From: Octopus vulgaris
Lineage: Eukaryota
Length of the DNA stretch: 64,000 bases
Direction: 5' to 3'
NCBI GenBank assembly: GCA_951406725.2
Contig: OX597816.1
Location: 33,542,001-33,606,000 of the forward strand
Shown: positions 56,433 to 64,000 of the stretch, one piece after another
Layout of the letters: the number at the start of each line of letters is the position of its first letter
How positions within the stretch are numbered: position 1 is the first letter of the stretch
Program-made: the position numbers and the translations under genes
Notes under the pieces: generated by a model
Databases searched by the model: none
Told to the model about the DNA's origin: nothing
The model's input: only the letters and a program-made list of their open reading frames with translations

Positions 56433-58299
56433 TGAGATAAAATATAGAAATTCACATCATGCTGAATGATTGAAGCGTGTTATATAGGTGGAATCCCAAA
56501 ATGGGGAAATCCTTTCAAGACTCGAGGATATCTAATAAAAGTGACTGTTAAAACGCACTGGTATACAGAATAAGGGAAGCTGAATATTCTACACAGAGTT
56601 GTGTTTCTGAATTCTAGTTTGTTTGATGCTAACACAATTTCATATTTCATTTACCGTTTGGTAATCTTTCTGTACGGAATTAAAAGAATATTCACACCAC
56701 CAGCACAATCGCATATATAAGAATAATTACACAGAGGGTGGTGGTTTGAATTAGTATAATATTTGATGTTGTTAATTTACAATATACGTCTAGTTTTTAG
56801 TTACTGAGCTAATAAATAGTTCGTGTTTTACTAAGTCAATTGTAAAATATATTATAGAAAGTGTTATATAGAATGCATATATACATGCATGTTTGCAGTT
56901 TCCAAATGATTTCCTGCAGATAACGAGCAGCAGGAATGAGTAAAATACGGATTTTAGAACTAATATCACTATGACAAACTCCTGTTTGTGTAAGTACTCT
57001 TTCTATTATCTTCTTGACCATTGGAGATAAGCTTGAACAATTGTTATATAGCCGATGCTTATTGATGTAGTAATACATGTCCGTGTCTATCCTCTTACCT
57101 CCAGGCAATAAAAAAGGCATTTCAACTATGGATAATTCTTCATAATATCTCCTTTTCACAACTGTAGCCGGTCTTACCTCCTATTTTGTATGATACATCT
57201 TCCAGAGTCAGAGATAATACTACAAAATCACGAATTTATGTTGTATGTTATTTGATATACCTGTATCTGTCTAAGTCATTTAAATGCATGTTTCTGGCAA
57301 ACCTGAGTTGTTTGAGCCCGTATTCATTTACATTATAGACATTATTATGTCAACAACAGGGGAAGGGAGATAACTATTGGCAACATTATCTAAATGTGTC
57401 AGTGTACTCATGGTAGTCGAAGAAATCTAAGGATGGATAGATAGTGATACCGTCAGTATAAATAGTCACAAAATGACTCGCAGTTCAAGACGGGGGGGGG
57501 GGGGCAATAATACACGTGGCAAAGGTGAGCCTGCAATGTCCCCGGCACGTACCTTCAAGACATCTAGCGGAAATAAAGAAAACATTATACAATATTCTTA
57601 AGAACTAACTGTAACCAGATTAGACATCGCAAATATGAAGAAAGCACAAGTCTTAAAGGTAGAATATTGTTTCTCCATTTATTTTAATCATTTATATGAA
57701 AACAAATTTTCCCTGACAGGACTCGTAGGAACAGACATTTGCAAAAACAATGAAATAAAATAACCCCACATTTCGTTCTACTGTACACGTTGAATAATTT
57801 CTTTCGCTTATTTGCAATTCACACCATTATTATAGCGTGTACACGACCTGTTGCATGCACGTAAATCCATCATGCTTTCAAATGATATACGACTGAATGC
57901 ATCTATATATTTATCTAGTCACAACTGTGAATTGTTTTCACTATATATATTCAAGAATTTGAGTGATTCACTCTGAGAAATGTTCCATAATTATATCTTG
58001 TTTGTGTTGGCGTTTCTGTTTCCCTTATGTTCCGATTACATGTAATTATAGCATTAGTAATTGACATGCTTTGCAGTAGTCAAAGTCGATAGTTAAATTT
58101 CTCCTCAAATGCTAACGTGAGACATCTACGTGATCAATGAAATTACTAGAAACAACAACCCAATCGGCATCACTGTTGCACGATATAGACCCTGGGGTGG
58201 TTCCTACTGTAATGCCTTAGAACATCGATGTAGTCTATCAACATTGATGCAGAGCAAAATTTAAACAAAATGGTACTCTTTAATTATATTATCTGTTGG

Positions 58300-58900
58300 A
58301 ATTTTTTATTGGCATGCCCTGCTTATACTTGTTGGCAAGCAGGGATCTTCATTCACTCCTGCCATACACGACTGCATGTTAATAGCACGGAATTTCTGAA
58401 GCGTTCATTGATTATTTTCTCCTTTTGTCTCACCCATGCTTAATGTTTTTCAGTTCGCTATTGTGTACAACGATGCCAATGCTATTATTTTCTCTTCAGA
58501 TAAGGTTTAATGAATATGGTCTGTTTTCTTTAGAGGTTAAAATACATTTTTTAATGGTTTGTTCTAGTTTAAAGACTTCCATATTTTTGATGGTATGCGT
58601 TGCAGACATTTTCAGTCTTTCTATAAGGAACACCATATCTACAGTGTAAATAAGCCTTAGCATTTGTCCAAATATCTTTCAAGTTGTAAAGTACACGCTT
58701 ACAGAAAGAAACATCTCATCGCAAAAGTATTAAAATACTGGATGGTCGTGGATCCAATGTCTGGATATTAATTGTTATGTCATTCTTAAAGTAGTTATAA
58801 AAGCAACATGAAAGACACCTATGAGGTATCAACTGGATTGCCTTGTCATCATCATCGGGATAGCTCAACCAGCATGAAGCCCATGGGGGAAGGCTCTGTA
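58300..58900 (-). pseudogene. RTE-type LINE ORF relic (3' part)
   Basis: Minus strand LSYPDDD (decayed YADD), MVFLIERLKMS..MEV (cf. EMWFLRRML.IS...NEEV) and a terminal RSLLANK..QG peptide. Confidence 0.45.
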
Positions 58901-60837
58901 AAATATAAAATCTTTCCCTCTGCATACAATTTATCAGACATTTGTAATTGGTTTGCCCCTGATCAAACTTGATTGTGCGGGTCATTGATTCAGAAATATA
59001 GGATATTACATATTAGAAGTTTTCCCTTATTATAAATGTATATAGTATTTTAGGGAGAAATTTAGCTGTTTAGCTGAGCATGTTAGAATCTACCTATACT
59101 TTTCACAGTACCGATAAAATTAATCTTGAAGCAAGTTAATATAGACATCGAGAAAATTACAATAGGATTAAAGTAATCTGAAAATGATCTCGAAAGATTT
59201 TTAAGTAACTTCGAATAAAAAGAAAATATGGAAGCAAATAAAATAATATTTTGTTATTAAATAATGCTACTGAATCTTATCTTTATACATTTATCGAACA
59301 AGTAATGAATTGAACACTTATTGAACAAGCATGAAACAATTGTGTATAGAGGGACGTATATTATTCAAAGGAGTTCCAACACTGAAGCAATTCAGAAGTT
59401 TAGTAAATACACAGCCCTAAATATAGTTGCTTGAAGGATAACAATGTTCCTATCAACATTCTTGCTATTGTTTCTTGGGATACACTCGAGCTAATGTTCA
59501 AATATTAATATTAATGTAATCCTAGGAGCGTTGCCCTAAATCGCATAATGAGAGGGATTTAGATTTAACAAAAATTAATATGAATGGAAACAATTCAAGA
59601 CGTTTTACCTAGGTATGTACAATTAATTTGCTGTCACCGAAAACAATTTGACTGGATTATAATTCCGTCTGTGTTCTCATACTCTAATTTGGACCAGAAA
59701 AATTAGAAACCATAACTTCCAGTCTGTTAATCTGGTTACCATTAGGTGCCATGTATATTGGTCCTTTAGTATGGTTTAAAGTGAAACCTTATTAAGAATA
59801 CCAATGGCAAACTTCAACATAGCTATAATTGGATTGTCTTTTAAGCAGGCGTAGTACATGTAAGGAAAATAATTGAAAATGCCATTCCTGGTTTTAAGAT
59901 ATTATGATGTGATTTATATAAAATCTGCTTGTTATTTCTAGTAGGTGAAACGAACGTATAATGGCTACAAGGTAGCTTTCTAATCCATAATGTTTACTGT
60001 ATGCACGTGTAAGCATAACATTTAGGAAATTCAACGAGGCGAATGGAATTTTTACAAGTAGGGAACCTTTCTTACTCTTGAAGATTTGAATTAGAATCCT
60101 AAAAAGAATATACACATATACAATCTTTATGGCATACAGCAATTATATTGGGATAATTATACGCCTTCAGAAAGATGCGTAATGGCAAAACATAAAATGT
60201 TCCTTATTCGAAACTGCTTGCAAGAAGATATGAAATGAAAGAACTCATACATGATTAGAACTGAAAATTTTGGAGAAATAAATCAAAATGGCAGAAGAAT
60301 AATAACTGGTACTACCTTTTCAAATATACTTTTTAATTTAATAATTCAATGAAATATTGTTGAGAGAAAAATATTTCATCGTATTTTTGTTCTTTTTGTA
60401 ATGCCTTTTCGCAGTTAATCACAGAATAAAAGTATAATCTATAAATTACTCTCGCTTGATGTCTGCTGCAGTTTCGCAAAAAATAATTGATTCTGTCAAT
60501 TTCCCAACACGTCCAACAGGGAATTACAGGAATAAGGCAGATGAGATTTAAAATGGACGCTGTTGTCTTTTTTGTAATGAATTATTGCTATAGTTTCCCT
60601 ATTTAATTTTGGAGACAATATAATTTGTTTCGAATTATGTTCCTAAGCACAGGGCCAAGTACGAGGACAGCTACGTTTGTGCTTAGTACTACACTATCTA
60701 CACTGCTTTTGAGAAACATATTGTTAGGCCGCACGCAGCTTGATAGTAACAACGGGTTCCAACATAGCAATTTTTAAATTGATGGATCAGAAGATGGCAC
60801 CGGCAACGCTCAACAAACCAACTTCTTAAGAGCAGAA

Positions 60838-60969
60838 GAAGCTGTAGTCAAAGTAACCAGGAGAGTTATGAATAACAAAGCAAGATCGTCGAGTATAATA
60901 AAAATAAATGAACTTTTAATTAAGAGGCAAATAAAACATTTATGCACCACAAGGACAGTCCTTCGGAGA
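60838..60969 (+). repeat. 132-bp direct repeat, copy 1 (copy 2 at 61414-61545)
   Basis: gaagctgtagt.aaag.aaccaggag...ggacagtccttc.gaga; about 10 mismatches by hand alignment. Confidence 0.92.
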
Positions 60970-60975
60970 ACTCTT

Positions 60976-61413
60976 GATTCTTATCGGTTTGAACGGTAGT
61001 CTTTTCTAGCGGTGTCATGAAATTGTCACCCATAATTATGACCCTAGTATCGATCTATTGCATTTCAATCTGTTTTAGGGTTAGGTATAGTTAGGGTTAG
61101 TGCTAGGGTTAGGGGTGGGAGAAGGGTATCTTTTTTTCTTCACAAATGTAAATAGACCCAATCTGTTTCTTACACGAGGGACATATTCATAGGGCACAGA
61201 ATGTTTTTTTACGTCAATATACGTCAGTGATTTATTGAAATTGTAGAAATTGAAGAAAAAAAACAACAAATATCTTACAAAATATAGAATTTTCTCAATA
61301 ATGTCAAGAGAAAAAGATGTTTGATACACATATTCTACCAGTATACAAAGTTTAAATTTTTTTCAGTTACCTAGAAATTATGTTAAAAACTGCCGTTCAA
61401 ACTGAAAAGATCC
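60976..61413 (+). mobile_element. Non-autonomous TIR element (MITE-like) with internal TTAGGG-like repeats
   Basis: Termini GATTCTTATCGGTTTGAACGGTAGT and ACTGCCGTTCAAACTGAAAAGATCC are inverted complements. Degenerate TTAGGG tract at ~61075-61115; no ORF. Confidence 0.85.
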
Positions 61414-61418
61414 GAAGC

Positions 61419-61865
61419 TGTAGTGAAAGAAACCAGGAGTGTTATGAATAACAAAGCAAGATCGTCGAGTATAATCAAAATAAATTAACTTTTAATTAAG
61501 AGGCAAATAAATCATTTATGCAACAAATGGACAGTCCTTCAGAGATTTCATTTTTTACCACTGAAGTCTTCCTCATTCTTTACGATTTGTAGTTAACATG
61601 GATAACCGAAAACAAATTCTCACTCATAGTCGCATATTGTCTTCCAGCAGACTCCGAACCATCTCTTGACACTCCCCTCAACCGGACGTCAACTAACTCA
61701 CAGCACCAACCGAACGCCGTCGCCTCGTGTTCTTTATAGTTCACCACGCGCCAAAATCACACTATGCTCGCTTACAAAACCAGAGAGGGGTGTTCTAATT
61801 CACGTCGTTCGAACGAGAAATTATGTAAGTATAACTCTTCCGTCCGTAGCAATATCAATGTTACA
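61419..61865 (-). mobile_element. Possible solo LTR
   Basis: TGTAG...GTTACA ends; on the minus strand a TATAAAG (plus ~61732-61738) lies upstream of ATTAAA (plus ~61491-61496). No TSD found. Confidence 0.3.
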
Positions 61866-62552
61866 ACTTCTATCGCTCTGGATATTTAGAATCTCTAACT
61901 TAATGGAGAAAATACCTTCCTCTATTCATTTGCATTTATGTAATAAGATCGACTCCCCTCTGGTTCGAGTTTTACATTCATTCTTCTAATGGCGATAAAC
62001 TTGAAGGTATAAGGAGTGTATAATCCAATAAGTCTTGCACAAAAAAAAGGCAAGTAATTTTATGTCTGTAAAAATAGAAGCTTTCCATTATGATATTCTT
62101 CCTCTTCTAAAATTTAGGATCATAACGAAGCCTATTCGTAACTATTTAGTCTGATTCAGCTGGATATATGTCAATAAAGATATATATAAAATCTTATATA
62201 TATTACAAAATTTTCTCATGGAATATAGAAATCTTCTTTTTAACAGCTGGAATTGAAATGTAGACTACATCGATGCATGAAACATGTTGTGAGATAATCT
62301 TAATTCATTCCTATTTTAAGTTATTCCAAGAAAGAAATACCGTAATTTAAAACACGTATATGAAGTTGAGATATATTGTCTGTGCCCCCCCCCCCCATCC
62401 ATTAAGCAAATGTGTCAACCGCGTTTCGAGTCCTTACTTTGCCAAATGAACTGTAGTTCACATAACACCTCTACCCCATAAGTGACGTCTACACTGTTTA
62501 TGTATTAGATAAATTCTCACCTGAGACGTTTGGGCAGGAATAAAATATCGCC

Positions 62553-62645
<93 letters not shown>

Positions 62646-62901
62646 GTTGAAACACACCTGTCACGACCTGGGGCTTTGAAGACTGGTTTAATGCAAGACA
62701 GTATACTAGACCCTTAATATTTGATATTCAATATTTCATCTATTCAATAGGACAATCAATACTTCATTTCATTTTACTATATATACTATTTATATTATAT
62801 ATTCTATATTCTACATTAATATTATAAAGAATAAAACATAAAATACAGGGTTGTAACTTCTTTGAATAATATATATCCCTCTATACACAATATACAAACC
62901 C

Positions 62902-62984
<83 letters not shown>

Positions 62985-64000
62985 TGGGAGAGAGAGAGAG
63001 TGGGAGAGAGAGAGAGAGAGAGATATGAATATTAGCTTCAAGCTGGGAAGTAAAATGTTGGTATAAACGAACTCGACAAATTCTGTTTTTAACGACCAGA
63101 ACTGACAGAGTATAGCACTGTTGGTATCTAATTCGGTTCTGATGCTGAAAACAAATTCTAGAACAAAGTTACATGAACATTCTGCTCTCATTCGATATCG
63201 GCCAGAAAGAGGAAGTAAAGTATATCTATTTCTAGCTATATCGAATATTATTACTGACTAGTCTATGTATTATAATATGCTGTAACGATTATTTTTTTCA
63301 AATTCATTTAGTTAGAAAAATGTTTGTAGAAAATCGAATCATCGGCGCCTTTAATATTAAGGTTCTAAACTCAATATTCTGGTATTGTGTAGCATTTTCG
63401 AAATAATCAAATAATGATGCTTATATCGTATGGTTATGGTATATTTTAATATGAATTCTGTTGAGATACTACATAGCGTTATTTTTTAATAAAAAAGAGA
63501 AAAAAGACGGAGAAATCAATACCTTTTTCATATCTTGCAGGACAGATAACATAGAAATAATAAAAAATGTTGTCGATATAACGCTGTGACAAGTGTGTAG
63601 TACCTGCTGGTATAAGTGAATATATGTCAGACCGAAACAACGGCAACAGTGTTTAAGGTCGGTATGTCTGCACGCTAGTATGTATGTGTATATCTATCTA
63701 CACACACACCCACTTATATTATATACATATAATAACTAAGATTCAGTTAGAATAGGCACTTAGAGGCACAAAGATACTTCAGAATAGTCCGCCCAGCTTG
63801 CAGTCGGGTGAATAAAACCAAATAAGTAACAAGGGTGTCCAGGATAGCAGTTTCTTTCAAATTTTGCTGGTATTGATCGATGAAATAGTGTCGCTAGATA
63901 ATGGCGTAATTCTTTGATACCTGGACATAACTTGTTATTTATTTACTTTCTATCTATCTATCTTTCTACATGTATATATATATATAGTTAATCCAAACAT

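Noticed and set aside
56836-57159. ORF with IRILLIPAA, hAT dimerisation-like (weak similar signal near 59440-59520)
   Set aside because: The ERxFS motif is missing and no TIR or TSD was found.

Overview
AT-rich, repeat-saturated eukaryotic DNA with no host protein-coding exon that I can recognise; almost all listed ORFs are microsatellite translations (YI, TH, CV runs). The SINE families, (TA)n density and TTAGGG-bearing repeats resemble those I recall from Octopus genomes (inference). The window holds three tRNA-derived SINE families (several with clear target-site duplications), a complete non-autonomous Helitron, a full-length decayed mariner plus a fragment, and CR1/Jockey-like, RTE-like and BEL/Pao relics. 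It also holds Penelope-like elements (PLEs) with GIY-YIG remnants and hammerhead-ribozyme motifs, and a TIR element with internal telomere-like repeats. Most notable: (1) a ~220-bp, ~65% GC, CpG-rich island at 8101-8320 that folds on the minus strand (cUUCGg tetraloop, G-U wobbles) and matches no RNA I can name; (2) a hammerhead ribozyme with an intact core at 3448-3509 inside a perfect 64-bp inverted-repeat PLE structure; (3) the TTAGGG TIR element, present once as a fold-back dimer and once between 132-bp direct repeats. All alignments, folds and counts were done by eye.
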